The notes below the pieces were generated by a model, which saw only the letters and a list, made by a program, of their open reading frames with translations, was not told the origin of the DNA and made no database searches. Below, piece after piece: positions 9,574 to 18,486 of a stretch of 64,000 bases of DNA (position 1 is its first letter; every line of letters starts with the position of its first letter). The stretch comes from Nitrospirota bacterium (lineage in GTDB: Bacteria > Nitrospirota > Thermodesulfovibrionia > Thermodesulfovibrionales > UBA1546), in contig JACRGY010000168.1 in NCBI GenBank assembly GCA_016212165.1, positions 66 through 64,065 of the forward strand, written 5' to 3'. The position numbers and the translations under genes were made by a program.

Positions 9574-10102
9574 TGATAAACCCGCTATAAGATATTGCCT
9601 TGACGCCATTATTGCAGCAGGTGTCATAGACATTGTAGTTGTCCTCGGGCAAAACGGTAATAAAATAAGAGAGGCGATAAATAACCTTCCTGTCAGCATA
9701 GTTCTCAATACAAATCCGGAGAGTGAGATGGTTGAATCAGTAAAAATCGGTATACAAAAGATTGCCGGCACTGCAACGGGTATTCTGGTCTGCCTCTCAG
9801 ACCATCCGCTTGTATCTCTGAACACATTCAGGGAGCTTATCAATTCTCACGGAAGAGAGCCTGATAAAATACTCATCCCGGTTTTCAATGGGAAAAATGG
9901 GCATCCGGGGTTGTTTCCAAAAAATATCTTAAATGAAATTTTTTCGGGCATAAATTTAAGAGAGCTTATCAGAAAAAATTCCGACAGGACCAGGCTCATT
10001 AATGTCGCTGATGAAGGTGTTGTCCTTGATATGGATACAATCGCCGACTACAGAAAAATCCTGGCGAAAATCCGATCAGGCATTGTCCCGGTCAGACCGT
10101 AA
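9491..10102 (+). CDS. MobA/MocA-like molybdenum cofactor nucleotidyltransferase
   Basis: [14 protein letters not shown] motif. AGGAGG RBS just before the ATG at 9491. Overlaps the xdhC tail by 83 nt. Confidence 0.75.
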   Translation: MRSAVTAVLLAAGSSKRMGLQKQLLVLNDKPAIRYCLDAIIAAGVIDIVVVLGQNGNKIREAINNLPVSIVLNTNPESEMVESVKIGIQKIAGTATGILVCLSDHPLVSLNTFRELINSHGREPDKILIPVFNGKNGHPGLFPKNILNEIFSGINLRELIRKNSDRTRLINVADEGVVLDMDTIADYRKILAKIRSGIVPVRP

Positions 10103-11170
10103 TATTTTTTTGATTACCTCGTTCCTTATCCCCTTTTGTATCCTCACCTTCCCAATTCTCTCAGGCAATATAAATTTCAACTCCCCTGCAATTGCCTTTT
10201 TATCAAGCTGCATCGCAGACATGAGAGAATTTATATTCAGGTTTTTTGGCATTTCTGATGGAAGGCCATAGAAATTAATCAGGGCTTTTATCCTCAGCGC
10301 ATCATGTATCCTGAGAAAACCCATAATCTCAGCCAGCTTTGCCTCAAGGTGCATCCCGATAGCCACTCCCTCGCCATGGAGGAATTTCCTGTATTCCGTT
10401 ACTGTTTCTATTGCATGGCCTATTGTATGCCCGTAATTCAATATCGCCCTCAGGCCTGACTCTTTCTCATCCTTTGAAACAACCCCTGCCTTAATCTCGC
10501 ATGAGCGTTTGATGATATGGTGCAATGCATTTTTGTCAAGATAAGAGATTTTCCTCATATTGTCTTCTAAAAAATCGAACAGTTTCTTATCCTTTATCAC
10601 GCCGTATTTGATAATCTCAGCTAGCCCTGCAACGAGTTCCCTTTTAGTCAGAGTTTTCAGTGTATCAATATCAATCCACACAAGTTTTGGCTGATAGAAC
10701 GTGCCTACCATATTTTTCCCGAGTTTGTGATTGACTCCGGTCTTCCCTCCGACAGAGCTGTCAACCTGTGCAAGGAGAGTAGTCGGAATCTGGATATAAT
10801 CTATTCCTCTCATATACGTTGACGCAACAAACCCGGTTATATCTCCAATCACCCCGCCTCCGAGCGCTATGAGGGCGGATTTCCTGTCGAGCCTGTGCTT
10901 CAGGAGTTCTCCATAAATTTTTTGCACAGTGTTTATGCCTTTATATTTTTCTCCGTCAGGAATTATAACTGTCTTAACATCAAAGCCGGCCTTTTTCATT
11001 GAAGCCAGAACTTTTTTGCCATAGAGGGTAAATACAGCAGGATTGCTTATTATTGCAATTTTCGGACTTATCTTAAATGATTTGAGCCTTGCCCCAATAT
11101 CACCGAGTATATTGCTCCCAATACAGATGTCATAACTTCTTTCTTTGAGCTTAACTCTTACCTTATCCAT
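10076..11170 (-). CDS. aroB: 3-dehydroquinate synthase
   Basis: GGGVIGDITGFVASTYMRGI, KTGVNH and HGHTIGHAIE-type motifs; 364 aa. Confidence 0.9.
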   Translation of the reverse strand: MDKVRVKLKERSYDICIGSNILGDIGARLKSFKISPKIAIISNPAVFTLYGKKVLASMKKAGFDVKTVIIPDGEKYKGINTVQKIYGELLKHRLDRKSALIALGGGVIGDITGFVASTYMRGIDYIQIPTTLLAQVDSSVGGKTGVNHKLGKNMVGTFYQPKLVWIDIDTLKTLTKRELVAGLAEIIKYGVIKDKKLFDFLEDNMRKISYLDKNALHHIIKRSCEIKAGVVSKDEKESGLRAILNYGHTIGHAIETVTEYRKFLHGEGVAIGMHLEAKLAEIMGFLRIHDALRIKALINFYGLPSEMPKNLNINSLMSAMQLDKKAIAGELKFILPERIGKVRIQKGIRNEVIKKILRSDRDNA

Positions 11171-11205
11171 TCCAACTTCTCTTTTTTAAAATAGCTTTCT
11201 AAAAT

Positions 11206-11320
11206 GCAAGGGATGACTCTTGAGCGGTTTATTTTGCCGATAGCCCTACAGCCAACTTCAAATATAAAGAGGCAAAATCCTCGAAGCGAAGCGAGAATGA
11301 GAGAAAGAGTTATCCCTTGT
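11206..11320 (+). repeat. Family A element, copy A2 (short form lacking the central G-rich hairpin)
   Basis: Outer stem CAAGGGATGACTCT/AGAGTTATCCCTTG. Blocks GAGCGGTTTATTTTGCCGATAG and GAGGCAAAATCCTCGAAGCGAAGCGAGAATGAG. It fills the aroK-aroB spacer. Confidence 0.8.
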
Positions 11321-11323
11321 ATT

Positions 11324-11833
11324 TTAACCTTCATTTTTCACCTTCTCAATTATCTCCTCCGCAACCTCCAGAGGCGTCTTTCCCTCCGTATCTATCATTA
11401 TATCCGCCTTTTCATAATAAGGCTTTCTGAATTCAAGGAGTTCCTTGATTTTTTTTAATGGTTCATCAACCTGCAATAACGGCCTTTCATTATTCTTGCT
11501 CGTCCTCTGAAGTATGGTCTCAGGCCTTGCTGCAAGGCATACAATTACTCCCTTCTCCCTCAAGACATCCATATTCTCCTGCCTTAAAACAACCCCGCCT
11601 CCGGTTGAAATAATAACATTTTTATTCCCTGAAAATTTTTTTATCGTCTCTGTCTCAATATCCCTGAATTTCGGTTCTCCGGATTGCCTGAATATTTCTG
11701 TTATTGCCATCTTCTGTGATTTTTCTATCTCAGCATCAATATCAATCGAATTCCAACCAAGAATCCGCGATAGCTCCCTGCTCACCTCGGATTTCCCGGT
11801 TCCCATAAAACCTGTAAGCACAATATTTTTCAT
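11324..11833 (-). CDS. aroK: Shikimate kinase
   Basis: MKNIVLTGFMGTGKSEV P-loop and GGGVV motif. The start was taken at the ATG at 11833. Confidence 0.9.
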   Translation of the reverse strand: MKNIVLTGFMGTGKSEVSRELSRILGWNSIDIDAEIEKSQKMAITEIFRQSGEPKFRDIETETIKKFSGNKNVIISTGGGVVLRQENMDVLREKGVIVCLAARPETILQRTSKNNERPLLQVDEPLKKIKELLEFRKPYYEKADIMIDTEGKTPLEVAEEIIEKVKNEG

Positions 11834-11982
11834 AGCATATTTTTTCATTATCTCCCATATTATGTCAATCAAATATCAATTAATAAGCATACCCCCGTGC
11901 TTAAGCACTTTTTGCTTGCGGTTCTATAAGAAGGGTTGGCTTGAGCGATATTAGAGATTTTCTATGAATATTTTAAAGGCGT

Positions 11983-12114
11983 GGCGTTGTGTTTGAGCGG
12001 CTTATTTTGCCGATATTCCTACAACCCCCTCAGTCCCCCTTTGTTAAGGGGGATTAAGGGGGTTGTGAGGCAAAATCCTCGGAGCGCAGCGAGAATGAGT
12101 GAAAACATAATGCC
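11983..12114 (+). repeat. Family A element, copy A3
   Basis: Outer stem GGCGTTGTGTTT/AAACATAATGCC with G:T wobbles on the + strand, central CCCCCTTTGTTAAGGGGG, and the block GAGGCAAAATCCTCGGAGCGCAGCGAGAATGAG. Confidence 0.8.
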
Positions 12115-12168
12115 ATGGCTTAATAAAATTGTAACAAGCGAAAGACAGCCCTTCTTAAAAAGCCTTTA

Positions 12169-13374
12169 TCAGAATTTTGAAATATATTTAAGATAGGAAT
12201 TATAATTCCTCTTAACCTCTGCCATGCTGTCACGGCCGAATTTTTCCAGAAACGCATCCGCAATAACAAGCGCTGCCATTGCCTCGCCTACAACTCCTGC
12301 AGCCGGCACAGCACATACATCAGAGCGCTCATAGGCTGCCTTGAAAGGCTTCTTTGTATTTATATCAACTGAACCAAGAGATTTTCTTAATGTGGGTATC
12401 GGCTTCATCACTGCCCGAAGGATTACAGGCATCCCGTTTGTCATGCCCCCTTCAATTCCGCCTGCATTATTGGTCTTCCTAAAAAAGCCTGCTGATAGCT
12501 GACTGCTGATGGCTGATTTCTTGCTATAGAATATTTCATCCATAACCTCTGAGCCAAATCTACTGCCTATTTCAAAACCAATTCCAATCTCAACGCCTTT
12601 TATTGCCTGAATAGACATCAATGCCTGTGCTAGCCTGCCATCAAGCCGCCTGTCCCATTGAGTGTGACTCCCAAGGCCAACAGGGAGCCCTGTTACAAAC
12701 ACCTCAAAAATTCCTCCGAGAGAATTTCCCTCTTTTATTGCCCTGTCAATTAATTTAACCATTTTTTGTGAAGCATTTCTGTCAGGGCATCTTACCAGCG
12801 ATTTTTCAGCTATCTTAAAAATATTTAATAGTTCTTTTTCTCTGAACTTCTGACTTCTGACTTCTGACTTCTGACTTCCTACTTGTATTACATAGCTCCC
12901 AATCATCACATTAAAATCAGAGAGAAACTTTTTTGCAACTGCGCCAAGCGCCACACGCATAGCTGTCTCTCTTGCGCTCGACCGTTCAAGGATATTTCTT
13001 ATGTCATGGGTATCATATTTGATAGCTCCTGCAAGGTCAGCATGCCCCGGCCTTGGCCTAGTTACTGCTCTGCTCTCTGCCCTCTGCCCTCTGCCCTCTG
13101 CCCCCATGATATCCTGCCAGTTAGCCCAATCCCTATTTTCTATGAGGATTGTTATTGGAGAGCCTATGGTTTTGCCCCAGCGGACACCTGAAAGAATTTC
13201 AGCATGGTCTGTTTCAATCTTCATCCGGCCGCCCCGGCCGTAACCGCCCTGTCGTCTTCTGAGGTCTTTATCTATATCATCTGCAGAAATAAAAAGCCCT
13301 GAAGGAACCCCATCTAGGATTCCTGTCAGGGCTTTACCGTGCGACTCGCCTGCAGTGAAAAATCTAATGCCCAT
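12169..13374 (-). CDS. aroC: Chorismate synthase
   Basis: FTAGESHG, RPGHADL and SSARETAMRVA motifs; 401 aa. Contains three heptamer arrays in frame. Confidence 0.9.
   Translation of the reverse strand: MGIRFFTAGESHGKALTGILDGVPSGLFISADDIDKDLRRRQGGYGRGGRMKIETDHAEILSGVRWGKTIGSPITILIENRDWANWQDIMGAEGRGQRAESRAVTRPRPGHADLAGAIKYDTHDIRNILERSSARETAMRVALGAVAKKFLSDFNVMIGSYVIQVGSQKSEVRSQKFREKELLNIFKIAEKSLVRCPDRNASQKMVKLIDRAIKEGNSLGGIFEVFVTGLPVGLGSHTQWDRRLDGRLAQALMSIQAIKGVEIGIGFEIGSRFGSEVMDEIFYSKKSAISSQLSAGFFRKTNNAGGIEGGMTNGMPVILRAVMKPIPTLRKSLGSVDINTKKPFKAAYERSDVCAVPAAGVVGEAMAALVIADAFLEKFGRDSMAEVKRNYNSYLKYISKF
12491..12518. repeat. Heptanucleotide tandem array (GCTGAYN x4) inside aroC
   Basis: GCTGATA GCTGACT GCTGATG GCTGATT. 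Encodes ..SAISSQLSAG.. on the minus strand. Same unit as the intergenic array at 32214..32244. Confidence 0.8.
12846..12885. repeat. Heptanucleotide tandem array (ACTTCTG x ~5.7) inside aroC
   Basis: ACTTCTG x4, then ACTTCCT ACTTG. Encodes SQKSEVRSQKSEVRSQKF. Confidence 0.85.
13068..13102. repeat. Heptanucleotide tandem array (CTCTGCC x5) inside aroC
   Basis: CTCTGCT, then CTCTGCC x4. Encodes ..GAEGRGQRAESRA... Confidence 0.85.
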
Positions 13375-13386
13375 TCCGGATAAATC

Positions 13387-15675
13387 TTATATTGGCTTAC
13401 TCACAACTCGTGGCGTTATGAATATAAGCATCTCTGAAGGGCCAGGGCCTGTATCCTGTTTTGTCTTAAAGAGCCATCCCAGAATTGGAATCTTGCTTAG
13501 CAAAGGAATCCCTGTTTCATCATTTACCTCAGTATCAGTGTAAATTCCACCCAAAACAAGTGTCTCGCCGTCCTTCACCAAAGCCTGTGTTGATAAGGTC
13601 TTGGTATTTTTAACAGGCGGGGTTACGCTTGCAAGGCTGTCATCAGATACAGTCAATTTTAAGTATATATATCCATCAGGTGTTATTTTAGGAGTAACCG
13701 CTAGGCTTAAGGCTGCATTCTGCGCCTCTGTTTTTGTGCCCTCAGCGCTTGTACTGGTGGTATAAAAGGTCACGCCCTGTGTAATGGTGGCAGGTTCATT
13801 ATCCATTGTTAAAATCCTTGGGTTTGACAGTGTCTTGGATTTTTTGATTGTTTCAAGGGCGGAAAGAGATAGATTTACATTTACGCTGTTAGCAGTCCCT
13901 ATGGTCATAGCCAAAACTCCACCAGTGCCTATTGCAGAAGACACAGGGGTATTCACAGAGAAACTGCCGCTTGTCTCATTACCCAGGCTTTTAATGCCTC
14001 CCTTGCCTGTTGAATCCGGGCCGCCCGCAAATGCTCCACCCCATCTTATTCCGAGTGATTGAGAATAGGAAGTGCTGGCAGTTACTATCTTTGCCTCTAT
14101 CATCACCTGCGGTTTTGAAACATCCATTACCTTTACAAGGTCTTTTATCTTGTCAATACTCCTTTGGGTATCCTGTATAATCAGCGTATTCATCCTGCTG
14201 TCTATTGTTATGCTCCCTCTTGGACTAAGTAATTTGCCGCTGCTAATCGCGCCGCTTATAGTGCCTGCCTCGGCATAATTTATCCGCACTATCTCCTGTA
14301 CAAGGTCCTCCTGTTTTTCCCTCTGGGCTTTTTCCGCCATCTTGGCGTTTTGTATCTTGGCAAACATATCTGTGGGCGCAATCCATATTATATTTCCTTC
14401 CATAGATTTCGTAAAGTTAAAGGTCTGGAGTATTATGTCCAGCGCCTGGTCCCACGGCACATTCATAAGCTTCATTGTAATCCTGCCTTTTACGGATGGA
14501 TCAATAATAAAGTTATAGCCGCTGATATCAGCCAGAAGCTTAAATATCGGGCCTATGTCTGCGTCCTGAAAATCAAGAGAGATCTTCTGTCCTTTATATC
14601 TGCTCTCACCGGGTTTTCCCTGAGTTTCAACCACAGCCTTTGCCTCGACTTCAGCAACCTTTGTCTCTCCCTCAGCTGCCTTTGCCGCATATCTTTCTTT
14701 TTCAGGCAAGCGGAAGGAAATTATTACAGAATCTTCTATTGCTGCAACATCAAAGCTTGTCCCCTCTTTCATGTCAAGCACAAGCCTTGTTTTATCTTTA
14801 TGCCTGCCTGCTCTTATGCTTGTAAGAGGCAATGGCACTGCAGCAGGCAACACCGCAGCCATGTCAACACTGGGGATATCTAATACAGCCCTGTTATCAA
14901 GCCGAAACACATTAGGGTTTAAAGATCCATTACCTTTTATTACTACCTTTAAGACATCCTGACCTTTTTCTATCTTGACCTGTAAAATTGATGTTGCAGG
15001 AGGAAGCTCTCTTGCAACAGTTGTTTTTTGCTCAGACTTGGCAGTTTTATCATTTTCTTTAACTGCCGCTGCCATTATTGCCTTTTGTTCAGCTCCGGCA
15101 GCTGCAGGTTCCTCTTTGCTTTCTGCCGCAGGTACTGCCTTTTGTTCCGGCTGTGCTACCTCTGCCCATTTTACAGGCTCTTCAGCTTTTGCCGTTGGAA
15201 CGCTAACCTCCTGAACTTTTTCTTCTGCCTTCGGCGCTTCAGATGTTATCTCTGCACCCTTTGCTTCGGGCTCTTCTTTTACCTTGAGAGCCAGCGTGGT
15301 ATCCTTATACACAGGCTCTACAGTAACAGGAGACGAAAGAAGTATCTCGAGTTTGGTTGATACCGGGTCTTCTGTCTGAGAGGGTGTAATCTCTGTTATC
15401 CCGGCCTTATCAGATTTTATTTTAGCAGGCGCAAAACCCATGCGCACATCCGGAAGTTCCACAATCACCTTATAGGGGTCAGACGATTTGTATATGGTAT
15501 ATGTAAACGGCTTATCAACAACAATATTCAGCTTATTATCCGTTACGTCTATCCCGGTCAACACCGGATTTTGAGCGCCCTGAACCGCTCCCTGCTTGCC
15601 GCCCCCGGTTGCACACCCTAAGGCGAAAATTAAGATTGCTAATGCACCAATGTTTTTTATCAATTTTTGTTTCAT
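13387..15675 (-). CDS. pilQ: Type IV pilus secretin PilQ with AMIN domains
   Basis: Lipoprotein-like signal (LGCA), a Pro/Glu/Ala-rich linker, and a secretin C-terminus ..GIPLLSKIPILGWLFK. Confidence 0.9.
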   Translation of the reverse strand: MKQKLIKNIGALAILIFALGCATGGGKQGAVQGAQNPVLTGIDVTDNKLNIVVDKPFTYTIYKSSDPYKVIVELPDVRMGFAPAKIKSDKAGITEITPSQTEDPVSTKLEILLSSPVTVEPVYKDTTLALKVKEEPEAKGAEITSEAPKAEEKVQEVSVPTAKAEEPVKWAEVAQPEQKAVPAAESKEEPAAAGAEQKAIMAAAVKENDKTAKSEQKTTVARELPPATSILQVKIEKGQDVLKVVIKGNGSLNPNVFRLDNRAVLDIPSVDMAAVLPAAVPLPLTSIRAGRHKDKTRLVLDMKEGTSFDVAAIEDSVIISFRLPEKERYAAKAAEGETKVAEVEAKAVVETQGKPGESRYKGQKISLDFQDADIGPIFKLLADISGYNFIIDPSVKGRITMKLMNVPWDQALDIILQTFNFTKSMEGNIIWIAPTDMFAKIQNAKMAEKAQREKQEDLVQEIVRINYAEAGTISGAISSGKLLSPRGSITIDSRMNTLIIQDTQRSIDKIKDLVKVMDVSKPQVMIEAKIVTASTSYSQSLGIRWGGAFAGGPDSTGKGGIKSLGNETSGSFSVNTPVSSAIGTGGVLAMTIGTANSVNVNLSLSALETIKKSKTLSNPRILTMDNEPATITQGVTFYTTSTSAEGTKTEAQNAALSLAVTPKITPDGYIYLKLTVSDDSLASVTPPVKNTKTLSTQALVKDGETLVLGGIYTDTEVNDETGIPLLSKIPILGWLFKTKQDTGPGPSEMLIFITPRVVSKPI

Positions 15676-16175
15676 TCTTCCTCCTCCTCGCGGAGTTTCA
15701 ATATTGTTTCCTTTGATTTAATTTCTCCCTTATAGTCTTTTACACGCTCTTTAATTACAATGCTGCTTTGGCTTATCCTTTGTATCTTACCCTTGTGAAG
15801 GCCTATTGTCATACCTTCTCTCAGCGTGTATGACTTCCCGTCAGGCAATATCACTTCAGCATAATGGCCTTTCTCGTTCCACACAATCCCTAATATCCTG
15901 ATGGAGTTAACATCATAACTTTCCAATGGGGTCTCGCCTTTTGAAGGTGCCTGCTGTGCCGCTACGAGAAGAGAGACAAACGGGTCCCTCCTTCCATTTT
16001 TCTCATATAGAAAAACCTCTTCCTCTACTTTTGGCCCTTTTGCCTCGTCTTCCTGAGAAACAACTTTCCCGGAAGTTTTTGCAGGTCCTGACTTGGAGAC
16101 AGAAGCCTTTTCCTTGCATGCACCTGAGAAAACAAGGAACGCAAAAATAAAAGATAGGAGGATTGTCCTGTTCAT
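15672..16175 (-). CDS. pilP: Pilus assembly lipoprotein PilP
   Basis: Lipobox FSGAC, RDPF motif, and position between pilO and pilQ. Confidence 0.75.
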   Translation of the reverse strand: MNRTILLSFIFAFLVFSGACKEKASVSKSGPAKTSGKVVSQEDEAKGPKVEEEVFLYEKNGRRDPFVSLLVAAQQAPSKGETPLESYDVNSIRILGIVWNEKGHYAEVILPDGKSYTLREGMTIGLHKGKIQRISQSSIVIKERVKDYKGEIKSKETILKLREEEEE

Positions 16176-16780
16176 TTGCCCCCTTTGTCTTTGGCTTCTT
16201 CTTGCACAGATGAAAAGGTTGAGGCCCTGAAGGATATAGTTAGCATTGCATCATCCTTTCGTGCCTGTGGGCCCCCCATCTTGATGTCAGAAAAATTTAC
16301 TATCCTGTTTAATCTGGTAATATTGCTAAAAAAATACCCAAGTTGATGATACGTTCCCGTAAGGGTTATTGAAAAAGGGATCTCTTCTACGATACCGCTC
16401 GGATGTGCTTTCTTGCCTTCAGGTCTCCATGTTTGCATATCCACGTCTGATTTTGCAGCTACTGCAGATATCTGCTTAAGCAGGCTTGAAACCTCGTTTC
16501 CCTCTGGAAGTTGTTCTTTCAATTCAGCAAGCCTTCTCTTAAGTTTTTCGTTCTCTACCTTTAATATGTCAAGTTTCGCTGCCATGGCCTGACTCTTCTG
16601 TATCTCATTTTCCTGCGCCGATATATCAGTCTTAAGTTGTTTAATCTCCTTTGTCTTGGGTACCACTATGAGCATTATAACTATAACCAAGATGATCACT
16701 GCAGGAGCAACAGCTATGCCTATCCTTGCGCCTTTCGGCAGCTTCTTTATGTCGAATTTTATATCAAGCTTAAAAGCCAT
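16172..16780 (-). CDS. pilO: Type IV pilus assembly protein PilO
   Basis: Single TM plus coiled coil, C-terminal ferredoxin-like part, operon position. Confidence 0.8.
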   Translation of the reverse strand: MAFKLDIKFDIKKLPKGARIGIAVAPAVIILVIVIMLIVVPKTKEIKQLKTDISAQENEIQKSQAMAAKLDILKVENEKLKRRLAELKEQLPEGNEVSSLLKQISAVAAKSDVDMQTWRPEGKKAHPSGIVEEIPFSITLTGTYHQLGYFFSNITRLNRIVNFSDIKMGGPQARKDDAMLTISFRASTFSSVQEEAKDKGGK

Positions 16781-17323
16781 TTATGATGCCTTTACCCTGC
16801 ATGTTAATGTAAATTGATACGTTACGACCTTCCCTGAGCCTGACTTTTGAGTGCCTATCAGATTCACATCTGCAAAGAGTTTTGACTTCTTAAGATTGTC
16901 AACATAGTTAACAACATCTTCATTCGTAAACCCGGAACCGCTTATATTTATGCTTTCACCTGACACAGACATGGACTGAAGCCAGACCCCGCTTGGCAGG
17001 ACATTGCTCATTTCTGTGAGAATTCTTACAGGAAGGCTCTGGTTTTTTCTAAGTTGTTCTATTATGTTTTTCCTCTGTTCGAGTGTCTTTTTCTGTTCCT
17101 CAAAATTTTTGACCTCTTTTATCTTGTTGTTCAGGTCCGCTAATTGAGCCTCATTAGCCTTTTTCTTTTGCCTTTGAGAAGACAATTCTGAATTTAACCA
17201 ATAAAAAAGATATGCCGATATTATGCCTGACGCCAGCGTAAGCAATACCATAGAGATTAAAAATGTTGGCAGGGCCTTGGCCTTTTTCTTGCGTTTTGTT
17301 GGCAGAAGATTTACTCTTATCAT
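16781..17323 (-). CDS. pilN: Type IV pilus assembly protein PilN
   Basis: MIRVNLLP start, TM plus coiled coil. Confidence 0.8.
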   Translation of the reverse strand: MIRVNLLPTKRKKKAKALPTFLISMVLLTLASGIISAYLFYWLNSELSSQRQKKKANEAQLADLNNKIKEVKNFEEQKKTLEQRKNIIEQLRKNQSLPVRILTEMSNVLPSGVWLQSMSVSGESINISGSGFTNEDVVNYVDNLKKSKLFADVNLIGTQKSGSGKVVTYQFTLTCRVKAS

Positions 17324-18372
17324 CTGTCGCCGGGCCTCCTCATGGCAAGCCCTACAGCGATAGAAGCCATAGGCGCCATCTCCTGCATATATGAAATATC
17401 AAATTTTTTTGGAATAAATATATTCCTGAAGGGTTCTGCCATTCTTGACTCAACCCCGATTTTTTCAGAGAGCACTCTGGTAAAATCCTTTAGGAGAGCT
17501 CCGCCGCCGCTAAGTATCACCTCATTTATGTCTTCATGGAGCGTAGTGCTCTTATAGTAATCCAATGACCGCGCTATCTCACTGATTATATCCTCTGATG
17601 CAGATATGATAGTTGCATATGCATCTTCCGGGGCTACACCCTCTACAGGCTCTCCCCTTTTAAGCCTCTCTGCATTTTCATAGGTTACTTCGAAGGCCTT
17701 CTGGAGGGCTTCTGTGTGCAGATTGCTTCCCAGGGAGCTGTCCCTAGTAAAGACAGATACGCCTCCCTTAAGGATGTTCATATTAATTGTACTTGCTCCA
17801 ATATTAACAAGAGCCACATTCCTGTTAGGCTCTATTTCATAATTAACCTCATACATGTTTTCAAGGGCAAAGGCATCAACATCAACTACCAGAGGATTAA
17901 GGCCTGCCTCCTTGACAACTGTAACATATTCGTTGATTATGTCTTTTTTAACCGCAACAAGTATAACATCCATCTGCCCGGGTTCTTCTCTGGGCCCGAG
18001 TATCTGAAAATCAAGGTTTACATCCTCGATATCAAACGGGACATACTGTTCCGCCTCGAATTTTATTGACTCGGCAAGGTCTTCTTCCGACATTTCAGGA
18101 AGCGATATTCTTTTTATGATTACTGACGCATGTCCTGAAACTCCTATAACTGCATTCTTTGTTTTTATGCGCGATTTTTTTATAAGTTCTTTCAGGGCGT
18201 CAACAAGCCTGAGCGAGTCTATTATTGCTCCGTCTACGATGATCTCAGGAGCGATAGGAAGCATGTCAAAAAGTTCCAGCTCATAGCCTTTTTTAGTGTC
18301 TTTCAGCTGCACTACCTTAAAGTAGCTGGAACCTATATCCAAACCTATAGAGCCTTTAGCGCCAAAAAGCAT
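17320..18372 (-). CDS. pilM: Type IV pilus assembly ATPase-like protein PilM
   Basis: Actin-like fold motifs (GLDIGSSYFK, VNIGASTINM); 350 aa. Confidence 0.9.
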   Translation of the reverse strand: MLFGAKGSIGLDIGSSYFKVVQLKDTKKGYELELFDMLPIAPEIIVDGAIIDSLRLVDALKELIKKSRIKTKNAVIGVSGHASVIIKRISLPEMSEEDLAESIKFEAEQYVPFDIEDVNLDFQILGPREEPGQMDVILVAVKKDIINEYVTVVKEAGLNPLVVDVDAFALENMYEVNYEIEPNRNVALVNIGASTINMNILKGGVSVFTRDSSLGSNLHTEALQKAFEVTYENAERLKRGEPVEGVAPEDAYATIISASEDIISEIARSLDYYKSTTLHEDINEVILSGGGALLKDFTRVLSEKIGVESRMAEPFRNIFIPKKFDISYMQEMAPMASIAVGLAMRRPGDR

Positions 18373-18486
18373 AGACTATAAATACCAGAAAACATCTAAC
18401 TTGTCAAGATATTTTTACATAAATTTTTCTGATATATCAAAAAGTTCCTGCAAATCTTTAATATATTGGTTTAAGGATTAGCCGGC

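Noticed and set aside
11204-12196. Track ORFs 11204..11458 and 11981..12196, and likewise 48360..48644 and 23488..23811
   Set aside because: They run through family A repeat copies, giving peptides like ..PLLRGIKGV.. and ..PLDKGGQRGV... They overlap real genes on the other strand, so they are spurious.
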